From Candidatus Bathyarchaeia archaeon (lineage in GTDB: Archaea > Asgardarchaeota > Heimdallarchaeia > JABLTI01): 32,000 nucleotides of DNA. The DNA lies in the NCBI GenBank assembly GCA_035528035.1, contig DATKZI010000037.1, forward strand, positions 81,819-113,818, written 5' to 3'. A model generated the notes under the pieces. That model had not been told where the DNA came from. It did not search any database and saw only the letters and a list, made by a program, of their open reading frames with translations. The first letter of the stretch is position 1. Each line of letters starts with the position of its first letter. Both the position numbers and the translations under genes were made by a program. Below are positions 7,552-16,511 of this stretch, in pieces.

Positions 7552-9094
7552 AGTGACAGACAAAAAACCATATAATCAAGCTTACTATCCTGAACCTTTA
7601 GTTTTTGAATTAGAAGAAACAAAATATCACAAATATTCTGCTCCTCAATTACCAGAAGAAATAGCAAAGAAAGTAAAAGACCCACAAAAGTTAATACCAA
7701 AAACTATGATTCGAACAGAACCTCCAAATCTTCCGAAATTAGCTGAATTCCAATTAGCACGACATTACTTACATTTAGCTCAAATGAATTTCTCGGTTGA
7801 CACTGGTTTTTATCCACTTGGAAGTTGCACGATGAAATATAATCCTAAAATAAACGATTTCATAACAATGGATCGTCGTGTAACAATGATTCATCCATTC
7901 CAACCTGCCAGAACAGTTCAAGGAAACATCCGTATTCTTTACGAAATTGAGCAAATGCTTAATGAAGTAGCAGGAATGGAAAGAACTACACTACAACCAT
8001 CAGCGGGAGCTCATGGTGAACTTACTGGGATTATGATTATTCGTGCATACCACTACGATCATGGTGAAGGTGAACAAAGAACTGAAGTTATTGTACCTGA
8101 TAGTTCACATGGAACAAATCCTGCAACTGTTGCAATGGCTGGATATAAGACCATAGTAATTAAATCAAAACCAAATGGTTTAGTAGATTTAGAAGCATTA
8201 AAAGCAGTAATTTCTGAAAAGACCGCTGCATTGATGTTAACTAATCCAAATACTTTAGGTCTATTTGAACAAGAAATATGTGAAATCGCAAAAATTGTTC
8301 ACGAAGTAGGTGGATTGTTATATTACGATGGAGCCAATTTTAATGCTATAATGGGTAAATGTCGACCAGGTGATATGGGATTTGATGCGATTCATTTCAA
8401 TCTACATAAAACATTTGCTACCCCACATGGAGGTGGTGGTCCGGGTGCAGGACCTGTGGGAGTTGTCAAAAAATTAGTTCCATATTTACCAAAACCAATG
8501 CCCGAATATGATAAAGCTTCTGGACAATATTACTTGAATTTCGATATGCCAAAGTCTATGGGTAAAATCAAAGGATTCTGGGGTAATTTTGGTGTGATAT
8601 TGCGTGCCTATGCTTATATACTATCATTAGGACCTAATGGCTTAAAAGAAGCATCAGAACAAGCAGTGCTTAACTCAAATTATCTGAAGAAGAAACTAAT
8701 GAAATTGGGTGGTTGGACTTTACCCTTTTCTCCTAATACACCAAGAAAACATGAATTTGTTCTTGAAGGTGAAACACTAAAAGAAGAAACAGGTGTAAGT
8801 ACAATGGATGTAGCAAAACGATTGCTTGATTTGGGCTACCACGCACCAACAGTTTATTTCCCATTAATTGTTCATGAAGCGCTAATGATAGAACCAACTG
8901 AAACAGAAAGTAAGAATACTTTAGATACTTTTGCTGAAACGATGGAACAAATCTTACGCGAATGTCGAGAAGATCCTGAAATACTTCACAATGCTCCACA
9001 ACATACTGCAGTAACTCGAGTTGATGAAGTTACAGCAGCTAAAGAACCAATATTATCATGGCAAATGTATAAGGAAAGGTTATCTCAAGAATAA
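7538..9094 (+). CDS. gcvPB: glycine dehydrogenase (decarboxylating) subunit 2
   Basis: PLP-lysine motif HFNLHKTF, then GGGGPG. The track start is TTG at 7538. GTG at 7553 is more likely: it has a strong SD ggagga at 7539-7544 and lies 1 nt after the gcvPA stop (7549-7551), which suggests translational coupling. Confidence 0.9.
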   Translation: MEEDKVTDKKPYNQAYYPEPLVFELEETKYHKYSAPQLPEEIAKKVKDPQKLIPKTMIRTEPPNLPKLAEFQLARHYLHLAQMNFSVDTGFYPLGSCTMKYNPKINDFITMDRRVTMIHPFQPARTVQGNIRILYEIEQMLNEVAGMERTTLQPSAGAHGELTGIMIIRAYHYDHGEGEQRTEVIVPDSSHGTNPATVAMAGYKTIVIKSKPNGLVDLEALKAVISEKTAALMLTNPNTLGLFEQEICEIAKIVHEVGGLLYYDGANFNAIMGKCRPGDMGFDAIHFNLHKTFATPHGGGGPGAGPVGVVKKLVPYLPKPMPEYDKASGQYYLNFDMPKSMGKIKGFWGNFGVILRAYAYILSLGPNGLKEASEQAVLNSNYLKKKLMKLGGWTLPFSPNTPRKHEFVLEGETLKEETGVSTMDVAKRLLDLGYHAPTVYFPLIVHEALMIEPTETESKNTLDTFAETMEQILRECREDPEILHNAPQHTAVTRVDEVTAAKEPILSWQMYKERLSQE

Positions 9095-9106
9095 CCCTCA
9101 TCCTTC

Positions 9107-9114
9107 TTTTTTTT
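9107..9114 (+). terminator. oligo-T tract downstream of gcvPB
   Basis: T8 run 13 nt after the gcvPB stop. Archaeal termination typically occurs at oligo-T. The run overlaps the stop codon of the convergent minus-strand gene. Confidence 0.4.
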
Positions 9115-10291
9115 ATTCCTCAATTCTCATAAGAATATCTTCGTGATAGCTAGTTATAACACGAATAAATCCTATTAATTCTTTATCTAATTTTAAATCG
9201 CCTGTATCAACTCTAAGTTTTTCAGTCTTTTCAAGTTTAGAAACAGTTGCAATAAGGATGATATTTTTTGTTCCTATCTTACGTATAACTATTGGTGAAA
9301 ATTGCTGATTTCCTCGACCAAAAATGAATCCTTGATTACCAATTACAGTTACTATTATTTTCGCTTTAGTGTATTTATCAAGTAAATCTAATATTCTTGA
9401 TTCGTTTAAATCCATTGCAATGATTTGTCGATTATAGATAGCATCAACCCCAAGAAGGGTTTTATCTAGTTTCATATAATCAGCAACTGCTTTACAAGTA
9501 GACCCGGAACCAAGTAAATATAGCGTTTCTCGATTCATATCTTCAGAAATCCTTTGAGCAATATACATTTGATCATGCTTTTCATCAAAGGTTGAGGGAG
9601 AAGCTATTTTGCCTCCTTGAAAAGCTGCTTTTAGGTAGGGAATAATTACCATGCCTTTTAATTCTGCACTTAATCTACCAGCACGAAAAGCTTCCTCATC
9701 TATATCCATTACTTCAGAATGTGTAAGATTTAATTGCCCTTCATTGAATTGTTTAAAAATCATTCCAGCAATTTCTGGGTTTAAAGCAAAACAAGCACTG
9801 TGCATTTTCACTCCACTAGGAACAGCTAAAAGAGGTATTTTATCCTGTATAGCTTCATACATATCACAAGCGGTACCATCCCCTCCCACAAATACTATTA
9901 ATTTCACCCCTCTTTCTAACATCTCTTTTGCAGCTTTTTTTGTATCTTCTCTAGTTGGTCTATTCTCGGTAAAATTACTTAGAACCTCATAATCGAAACC
10001 CATCTCTTGTAAAATATTCTCACCCATTTCATCTTTATAACAAAGAAATTTGATTTCATTTTTTTTATCACTAATAGTTGTTAAAAAGCGTCGAGCTCTT
10101 TCATTTGAGATTTGTTTACCTTCCCCATTTTCAATTTTAATCCAAATCTGATCAGCATCATCACTCCCTTTGAGACCTATACGACCTCCCACACCTGCAA
10201 TTGGATTTATTATTAAACCATAAAGTAATTTCTCAGAGTTTTTCATTTGTCCCGTAATTTTCATTTGAGTTGCTGTCATCAGTGTTTCCAA
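9113..10291 (-). CDS. ATP-NAD kinase / diacylglycerol-kinase-fold family protein (COG3199-like)
   Basis: GGDGT motif (IVFVGGDGT). N-terminal INPIAGVGGR. About 390 aa. The track start is TTG at 10291 and the first ATG is at 10279. Confidence 0.6.
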   Translation of the reverse strand: METLMTATQMKITGQMKNSEKLLYGLIINPIAGVGGRIGLKGSDDADQIWIKIENGEGKQISNERARRFLTTISDKKNEIKFLCYKDEMGENILQEMGFDYEVLSNFTENRPTREDTKKAAKEMLERGVKLIVFVGGDGTACDMYEAIQDKIPLLAVPSGVKMHSACFALNPEIAGMIFKQFNEGQLNLTHSEVMDIDEEAFRAGRLSAELKGMVIIPYLKAAFQGGKIASPSTFDEKHDQMYIAQRISEDMNRETLYLLGSGSTCKAVADYMKLDKTLLGVDAIYNRQIIAMDLNESRILDLLDKYTKAKIIVTVIGNQGFIFGRGNQQFSPIVIRKIGTKNIILIATVSKLEKTEKLRVDTGDLKLDKELIGFIRVITSYHEDILMRIEE

Positions 10292-10463
10292 ACCAATTAT
10301 TTTTTGTTTGTTTTTTTATTAAAAAATAAATCCCTAAATTGTAAATTTATTGTTTCATAAAATAATGTTATTTGTAAAAAATCTATTGTAAGAATGAATC
10401 AATCATTCTTTATATTTTATTTTAATAACAAAAAAACTAATATCTTTACAATAACCTATCATT

Positions 10464-12536
10464 ATGAAAACAGATTTCGTGATAGAAATGAATTATCCTG
10501 AAACTAAAAGGGAGGAAATTAGTGAAGTACTCCATGGTATAACTGTGCATGATCCGTACAGATGGCTAGAGAAATTTGATGACTCTGAAGTTCAAAATTG
10601 GTTGAACAAAGAGCATGAGTATTATCATAAAACTATGAACCAGATACCTAATTATAAAAAGTCAAAGAATCGAATCAAAGAATTTCTATCTTTAGGATTT
10701 ATAGGGGTGCCCGAAAAGAAAGACAATCTAATTTTCTATCAAAAACAAAAAACTGAAAATCAGCCAATTTTGTATGTGCAAGATGAACTCACAAAGGTAA
10801 CAAAAGAATTAGTAAATCCAAATAAATTGGCAAAAGAAAACCCTGTAGCATTAGATTGGTTTTATATATCACCTAAAGCAAAATACCTAGTTTATGGTTT
10901 ATCAGAAAGTGGTGATGAGTGGAGTCTTTTACACATAAAAGATATCAAAACAGGAGAAATTTTAACAGATAAAATTCCGAGAACAAGATACTGCAGTCTA
11001 GCTTGGTTAGATGATGAGAGTGGTTTTTATTATACTCGATATGTATTACCAGGAACCGTTCCTGAAGGACAAGAAAATTACATCAAACATATATACTATC
11101 ATAAAATAGGTACTGATTGGAAAGAAGATTCAATTATTTTTGGCGAAGGAAAGGATCCAACTTTTCACTATTCAGTTAATATTTCTGATGATCAAAGATA
11201 TCTTATAATTAACATAATGAAATATACGAAGAACGATCTCTACCTTCTTGATCTTCAGGAAAACAATAAACTAATAGAAATAACAGCTAATGAGGATTAT
11301 TTATTCAATGCTTTAATAAAAGATGGATTTTTATGGATTTTAACTAATAAAAATCATCCAAGATGGATTGTTTATAAAACTGAAGTGGACAAACCTTCAT
11401 TTGAAAATTGGGAAGAAGTAATTAAAGAATCAAATGACATTATTAGCCAAGTATTGATTGCTAAAGAAAAAATTTTCATTAAAATTATGAGAAATGCTTC
11501 CGACCATATAATTGTTTTTACTAAAGATGGAGAAAAAATCAAGGAATTAGATTTACTTCTATATAGTACTATAACTGAAATGGATACAGCTGCAAGAATA
11601 AATGTAGTAAAAGAAAATGAATTCTTTATTGGTTTGAGATCATTCCTAGAACCCAATATAATTTATAGATATGAAATAAATAATGATAAATTAACAATTT
11701 TTGAAAAGATTAAATCCCCTATCAAACCAGAGAATTTTGAAATCAAACAAGTTTGGTATGAATCAAAAGATGGTACAAAAGTATCATTATTTTTAGCTCA
11801 TAAAAAAGGATTAAAATTGGATGGAAATAATCCTACATTGCTTTGTGGATATGGTGGATTTAATATATCAGTGAAACCACCTTATCTCAAAAATTCCCGA
11901 TTTTTCTGGTTAGAAAATGGTGGAGTAATAGCTATTGCTAACTTGAGGGGTGGGTCAGAATATGGTGAAAATTGGCATCAAGATGGGATGCTCGGAAAGA
12001 AGCAGAATGTTTATGATGATTTTATCTATGCGGGAAAATGGTTGATAGAAAACAAATATGCTTCAAACAAAACCCTTAGTATCTATGGTAGAAGCAATGG
12101 TGGTTTACTAACAGGAGCAGCAGTTACACAAGCTCCAGAAATGTTTGGAGCAGTATATATTGGGGTACCATTATTAGATATGATACGATATCATCTTTTC
12201 AAGATAGCACGATACTGGATTCCCGAATATGGTTCATCTGAAAATCCCGAACAAATCGGGTTTATCTATAACTATTCACCATATCATAATGTAAAGAAAG
12301 GGATTAAATATCCACCAACTATCTTGGTTACAGCTGCATCTGATTCGCGAGTAGATGCAAATCATGCAATGAAAATGACTGCTCAAATGCAATGGGCTAA
12401 CGAATCAAAAGAACCAATAATACTTTTTGTAGAAAGGAAAGCAGGTCATGGTGTAGGGAAACCATTAGACCAACTAGTGGAAACAGAAACTGATCTTTAC
12501 ACTTTTCTAGGCTGGAAAACAGGTTTAAAGATGTAG
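10464..12536 (+). CDS. prolyl oligopeptidase (S9A serine peptidase)
   Basis: N-terminal HDPYRWLE. Long propeller region. C-terminal alpha/beta-hydrolase with nucleophile elbow GRSNGGLL, Asp in ASDSRVD and His in RKAGHGVG. Confidence 0.9.
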   Translation: MKTDFVIEMNYPETKREEISEVLHGITVHDPYRWLEKFDDSEVQNWLNKEHEYYHKTMNQIPNYKKSKNRIKEFLSLGFIGVPEKKDNLIFYQKQKTENQPILYVQDELTKVTKELVNPNKLAKENPVALDWFYISPKAKYLVYGLSESGDEWSLLHIKDIKTGEILTDKIPRTRYCSLAWLDDESGFYYTRYVLPGTVPEGQENYIKHIYYHKIGTDWKEDSIIFGEGKDPTFHYSVNISDDQRYLIINIMKYTKNDLYLLDLQENNKLIEITANEDYLFNALIKDGFLWILTNKNHPRWIVYKTEVDKPSFENWEEVIKESNDIISQVLIAKEKIFIKIMRNASDHIIVFTKDGEKIKELDLLLYSTITEMDTAARINVVKENEFFIGLRSFLEPNIIYRYEINNDKLTIFEKIKSPIKPENFEIKQVWYESKDGTKVSLFLAHKKGLKLDGNNPTLLCGYGGFNISVKPPYLKNSRFFWLENGGVIAIANLRGGSEYGENWHQDGMLGKKQNVYDDFIYAGKWLIENKYASNKTLSIYGRSNGGLLTGAAVTQAPEMFGAVYIGVPLLDMIRYHLFKIARYWIPEYGSSENPEQIGFIYNYSPYHNVKKGIKYPPTILVTAASDSRVDANHAMKMTAQMQWANESKEPIILFVERKAGHGVGKPLDQLVETETDLYTFLGWKTGLKM

Positions 12537-12578
12537 AACATCTTTCCTTTTTCCATTAAAACCCCATGAGGTAGAAAA

Positions 12579-13073
12579 ATGATAATAGAGATAGTGAAAG
12601 GAGACATAACAGAAATTACTGTGGATGCAATCGTTAATGCTGCAAACAATGAACTTTGGATGGGTGCAGGAGTAGCTGGCGCGATTAAAAGAAAAGGTGG
12701 TAAAATAATAGAAGAGGAAGCATTAGTAAAAGGTCCAATACAACATGGTGGAGCAGTGGAAACAACAGCGGGAGAATTAAAAGCTAAATATGTTATTCAT
12801 GCAGCAGCTATGAGAAGTGATGGGTATATTGATGAAAATTCATTGAAGTCAAGTGTTTTTAATAGCTTAAAACTAGCTGATGAATTAAAATTAAGAACAA
12901 TTGCCTTTCCTGCTTTGGGAACTGGTGTTGCAGGATATCCTGCTAAATTATGTGCTAAACAGATGATCGATACAATAAAGAATTTTCAACCTAAGATGCT
13001 TGAAAAAGTTGTACTAGTTTTATTTAGTGATGAAATATATCAAATTTTCAAAATTAAATTAGAACAGAAGTAA
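12579..13073 (+). CDS. macro domain protein (MacroD-type ADP-ribose binding/hydrolase)
   Basis: GDITEITVDAIVNAANNELWMGAGVAGAIKRKGG and FPALGTGVAGYP motifs. SD-like gaggt at 12568-12572. Lies 42 nt downstream of the peptidase gene. Confidence 0.85.
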   Translation: MIIEIVKGDITEITVDAIVNAANNELWMGAGVAGAIKRKGGKIIEEEALVKGPIQHGGAVETTAGELKAKYVIHAAAMRSDGYIDENSLKSSVFNSLKLADELKLRTIAFPALGTGVAGYPAKLCAKQMIDTIKNFQPKMLEKVVLVLFSDEIYQIFKIKLEQK

Positions 13074-13088
13074 AACAGAAAGAAAAAA

Positions 13089-13105
13089 GAGGATATATTA
13101 TCCTC
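13089..13105. terminator. perfect hairpin between convergent genes (macro-domain gene and surface-protein gene)
   Basis: gaggata-tat-tatcctc: 7-bp stem and 3-nt loop, centred in the 39-nt gap between the two stop codons. Confidence 0.4.
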
Positions 13106-13112
13106 ATTAAAT

Positions 13113-15791
13113 TTAGGATTCGTCATCTTTTGAACTAGATGAATCATCTTCTTCTTCTTGTTTCTTATTATTTTCTTCAAGGGCTTTCCGTGCTTGAAGT
13201 TTTATTTCTTCTCGTTTAGCATCTTCTTCAACAATTTCCATTTCACGATTTACAAGAATTTCTAATATTTGATCTGAGTACTTGCCACATTGATCGATTA
13301 TTCGTTCAGCATCTAAAGTATCTGTATAAAATGCTTCTTCATTTCCTTTGATTATCGGTAAAACGGTAGCTGTCCATATTGCTTTAGCTTCTCCATAAAG
13401 TGATTGAGAATCTGCTGCAAATTCAGTAAGACCTTCTCGAGATGCAGTATTAATAGTATATTGAGTCATCTTATTTTTTAAAATATCATATAGTTGTTGT
13501 CGATAATTCTCTAATGCAGTAATAGCATTTTTCAAGGCATCTCTTTTCTTTTCCAATTGATCTGGTTTTTCAGGTTCTGGCTTTTCTGGGATTTTTTCAT
13601 CAACCTTATCTGATCCTCCTTTTTCACCTAGAACCATCTTTTTTGTTTCGATTAGATCTGATTGTTGAATCGTTTGCTTTTTCTTTATGATTGCATCTAT
13701 ATTATATCGTTCGTCTTTAAGAGAGCTACTTTTACTGGATTTGGTTTTATCAACTAACTCTATTTCAGTGCGTTCGAGCTCCTTGCGTTTGTTAGGATCT
13801 TCTGGTCGGAAACCTCTCACGATTAAAAGAGTGATAAGTAGAAAGAATAAAACTGTTCCAAAACCACTTAACAAACCTATTATTAAATTCCTATAGTCTT
13901 TCGGTACTACTGTAACTGGGAAATCTAAAGCATCAAGAGGGTTAGTGCCATGATAATACTCATAACCATCAGAAAAATTATCGCCATCAGTATCCCAGTC
14001 TGAAGCATTTGTAAGAATTCTGGATTCTTCTTCAGTAGTTAATAAATCATTGTCTATATCATCTGTAATATTATCTTTAGTAAGAGGATCAAGAACACTA
14101 TATATTTCGTATCCATCTGAAAGTGTGTCTTGGTCGCTATCAATACTTAGGGGATTGGTATGATAATCATTTACCTCTTGTCCATCAGTTAAAGAATCAT
14201 GATCAGTATCTGCTATATAGGGATTGGTTCCAGCATTAAACTCTTGCAAATTAGACAATCCATCTGAATCCAAATCATAGCTGGCATCAATAGCATTATT
14301 AGGATTGAGCCCATAAAAAATTTCAAAATTGTCAGGCATCAAATCAGAATCGCTATCAGATGAAATCGGATTTGTTTCATAAATTAGTATTTCATCAGAA
14401 TCAGTTAGTGTATCACCATCTGTATCTTGATTGTAGGGATTAGTAAAATAGGTATTTATTTCATCAAAATCTGATAAACCATCTTGGTCAGAATCAATTA
14501 TTTCGTATCCCAAATATACCTCTTTTTTATCATCAAAATATTGAGTATAAGAAATATATATTGTACCATAATTATCAGCAGCAATTGCAGGATCAAAAGC
14601 ATCCACCAAACCTGAGCTTACAAGCTGTGAGTTTTCCCAGCTAGTGGAGCTGCTAAATCTTTGTCGTAAATAGATATTTGTTTTTCCAGCAGAAAATCGC
14701 TCAAAAACTAAGAAAGTATTACCAAAGGTATCTGAAATAATATCATAATCACCATTTGGTGCAAGATAAGTGCTTATAGTAGATGGTGATGACCAACCAC
14801 TTTCAATAGATTTAGCAATTGCTTTTGAATAATAGAGATTGGTTGAAGTTCCATCATCTTTGAAAATTAAATGAAGATTTTTAGATTCTCTTTCATAGGT
14901 AATTCTAGGATTAATTGGATTATATGCAACAGTGGTTATTTTTTCCTCTGCAATCCAAGAATTTCCACTTTCTTTATAGGAATAATATAACTCATAATCG
15001 TTTGTACGGTTATCAGTCCAGATTAGGTGTAAAGTACTATTTTCATCAATAGTTAAAGCAGGTGGAGAATTTCCTACAGCTGATGCACCGTTGGTAATTC
15101 TAGTAAATGGTGTATCCCAAGAACCAACATTTGGATCAAAGAAGCTATAATATAAGTCACCATTTGGGTTATCTGATTTATCTATATGAACGAGATGAAC
15201 TATACCATTTTTGTCTGTTATACAAACAGGACCAGTGCTATTTCCACTATTTAATAATAAACTAGATTTAGGTTGAATGGTATTTTCATTAAGAAAAGTC
15301 ACTTCACTCAATTCATAATTATCTGTTAAATATTCCTCAAAAACAAAATGAATAGTTTCATCATCATCTGGTGCAGCAGAATAACCTCTAAGGACTGTAC
15401 CATCAATTGCTTCCACTTGTAGAATGTTTGATGACCATGAATTAGTTTTTGAACCATAACTATAATACAAAGTACTTACTGCACTTGGGGTATAGGGTTG
15501 AAATTGATCTATCCAAGAAAGATAGATATTACCCGTTTCATTATTATATACTAAATTGGTTTGAGTTGAATTCCATCCTGTTGAAGAAACTCTCTCGAGA
15601 GATTCAAACTCAAATACTTGAGGTACGAATTTAATATTATTATTAAAATCAGTAAAGCTGCACGTTTGATAAGTTGAAGAATTACTATTAAGTATAGGAA
15701 TAATTGAGAAAATAATTAGAATAAAAATTAATCCAACAATTCTCTTACTATTAAACTGAGATAGTTTGAAATTACTTATATGTGTCATCAA
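13113..15791 (-). CDS. type-I membrane surface protein: propeller-like ectodomain + 8 TSP3-like repeats + TM + 234-aa cytoplasmic domain
   Basis: N-terminal hydrophobic signal/anchor (aa 17-34). Seven units of about 50 aa (aa 87-430) with the recurring pattern h-H-[LIF]-[IV]-[WFH]-x-D ... LYYS ... (S/G)-W-(S/D/E). Eight units of DxDxDxLxDxxE...NP (aa 433-623). TM NLIIGLLSGFGTVLFFLLITLLIV (aa 635-658) followed by RGFR. K/E-rich helical C-terminal region ending EEEDDSSSSKDDES. The likely true start is ATG at 15788; the track uses TTG at 15791. Confidence 0.8.
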   Translation of the reverse strand: MMTHISNFKLSQFNSKRIVGLIFILIIFSIIPILNSNSSTYQTCSFTDFNNNIKFVPQVFEFESLERVSSTGWNSTQTNLVYNNETGNIYLSWIDQFQPYTPSAVSTLYYSYGSKTNSWSSNILQVEAIDGTVLRGYSAAPDDDETIHFVFEEYLTDNYELSEVTFLNENTIQPKSSLLLNSGNSTGPVCITDKNGIVHLVHIDKSDNPNGDLYYSFFDPNVGSWDTPFTRITNGASAVGNSPPALTIDENSTLHLIWTDNRTNDYELYYSYKESGNSWIAEEKITTVAYNPINPRITYERESKNLHLIFKDDGTSTNLYYSKAIAKSIESGWSSPSTISTYLAPNGDYDIISDTFGNTFLVFERFSAGKTNIYLRQRFSSSTSWENSQLVSSGLVDAFDPAIAADNYGTIYISYTQYFDDKKEVYLGYEIIDSDQDGLSDFDEINTYFTNPYNQDTDGDTLTDSDEILIYETNPISSDSDSDLMPDNFEIFYGLNPNNAIDASYDLDSDGLSNLQEFNAGTNPYIADTDHDSLTDGQEVNDYHTNPLSIDSDQDTLSDGYEIYSVLDPLTKDNITDDIDNDLLTTEEESRILTNASDWDTDGDNFSDGYEYYHGTNPLDALDFPVTVVPKDYRNLIIGLLSGFGTVLFFLLITLLIVRGFRPEDPNKRKELERTEIELVDKTKSSKSSSLKDERYNIDAIIKKKQTIQQSDLIETKKMVLGEKGGSDKVDEKIPEKPEPEKPDQLEKKRDALKNAITALENYRQQLYDILKNKMTQYTINTASREGLTEFAADSQSLYGEAKAIWTATVLPIIKGNEEAFYTDTLDAERIIDQCGKYSDQILEILVNREMEIVEEDAKREEIKLQARKALEENNKKQEEEDDSSSSKDDES
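13923..14495 (-). repeat. array of 8 thrombospondin-type-3-like acidic Ca-binding repeats (coding, in frame)
   Basis: Examples: DSDQDGLSDFDEINTYFTNP, DTDGDTLTDSDEILIYETNP, DLDSDGLSNLQEFNAGTNP, DTDHDSLTDGQEVNDYHTNP, DTDGDNFSDGYEYYHGTNP. Period is 22-27 aa. Confidence 0.8.
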
Positions 15792-16019
15792 TCTAAAACA
15801 TCCTACATATACAATATAATTTGTTTAAGGTAGAAAAAAAGCTTTTTATAGTGAACATTCTTCAAGAACAAAAGTTTTTATCAATAATTCTAGCTCGATA
15901 TTAAACGTTATGATGAAACAGCGAAGTTAGGAAAAACTTATTAAAACATTTCCAATCGACAAATCAATAGATTGATTTAAAAGACAAATTAATTGTGATA
16001 GAAGAAAAGGTGCTTCAAA

Positions 16020-16511
16020 ATGGCCGATCAAGAAATTAAATGCCTCATAGAAGGCGGGAAAGCAAGCCCTGCACCACCTTTAGGTCCAGCTCTAGGCCCG
16101 ACAGGTGTTAACATTGGTTTGGTTATTCAAAAATTGAACCAAGAAACGTCTGGATTTGCAGGGATGAAAGTTCCAGTAACAATTATTATTCATCAAGATA
16201 GAACATTTGATCTTAAAGTAGGAATACCAACTACAGCAGGTTTAATCCTAAAGGAAGCAGGTTTAAAAATCGGTGGTAAAGGTTCAACCGAAGAAGTTCC
16301 AGAAGAGCCTTTTGTCGGAAATATTACCATGGATCAAATATTAAAGATTGCAGATATAAAGCGATCAGGAAGTTTTGCTTCTTCAACTAAAACCCTTGTA
16401 AAAGAGATTTTAGGAACAATGCTAAGTTGTAAGGTAACCTGTGATGGTAAAAATCCTCGTGATGTTCAAAAAGAAGTCGATAAAGGTGTCTATGACAGTA
16501 AATTCAAGTAA
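16020..16511 (+). CDS. rpl11: 50S ribosomal protein uL11
   Basis: GGKASPAPPLGPALGPTGVNI motif, 163 aa. SD-like aaggtg at 16008-16013. Confidence 0.95.
   Translation: MADQEIKCLIEGGKASPAPPLGPALGPTGVNIGLVIQKLNQETSGFAGMKVPVTIIIHQDRTFDLKVGIPTTAGLILKEAGLKIGGKGSTEEVPEEPFVGNITMDQILKIADIKRSGSFASSTKTLVKEILGTMLSCKVTCDGKNPRDVQKEVDKGVYDSKFK

Noticed and set aside
10390-10410. An inverted repeat aagaatga-atcaa-tcattctt in the divergent promoter region between the NAD-kinase-like gene and the prolyl oligopeptidase gene.
   Set aside because: AT-rich 8-bp arms with a free spacer are expected by chance several times in a window of this composition. There are no additional copies and no positional argument.
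13818-13889. A C-terminal TM helix acting as an archaeosortase (PGF-CTERM-like) sorting signal. This applies to both surface proteins, including 26025-26096.
   Set aside because: Sorting signals sit at the extreme C-terminus with only a few basic residues after the helix, and are preceded by a PGF-type motif. Here 234 and 44 residues follow the helices and no PGF/PEF motif precedes them.
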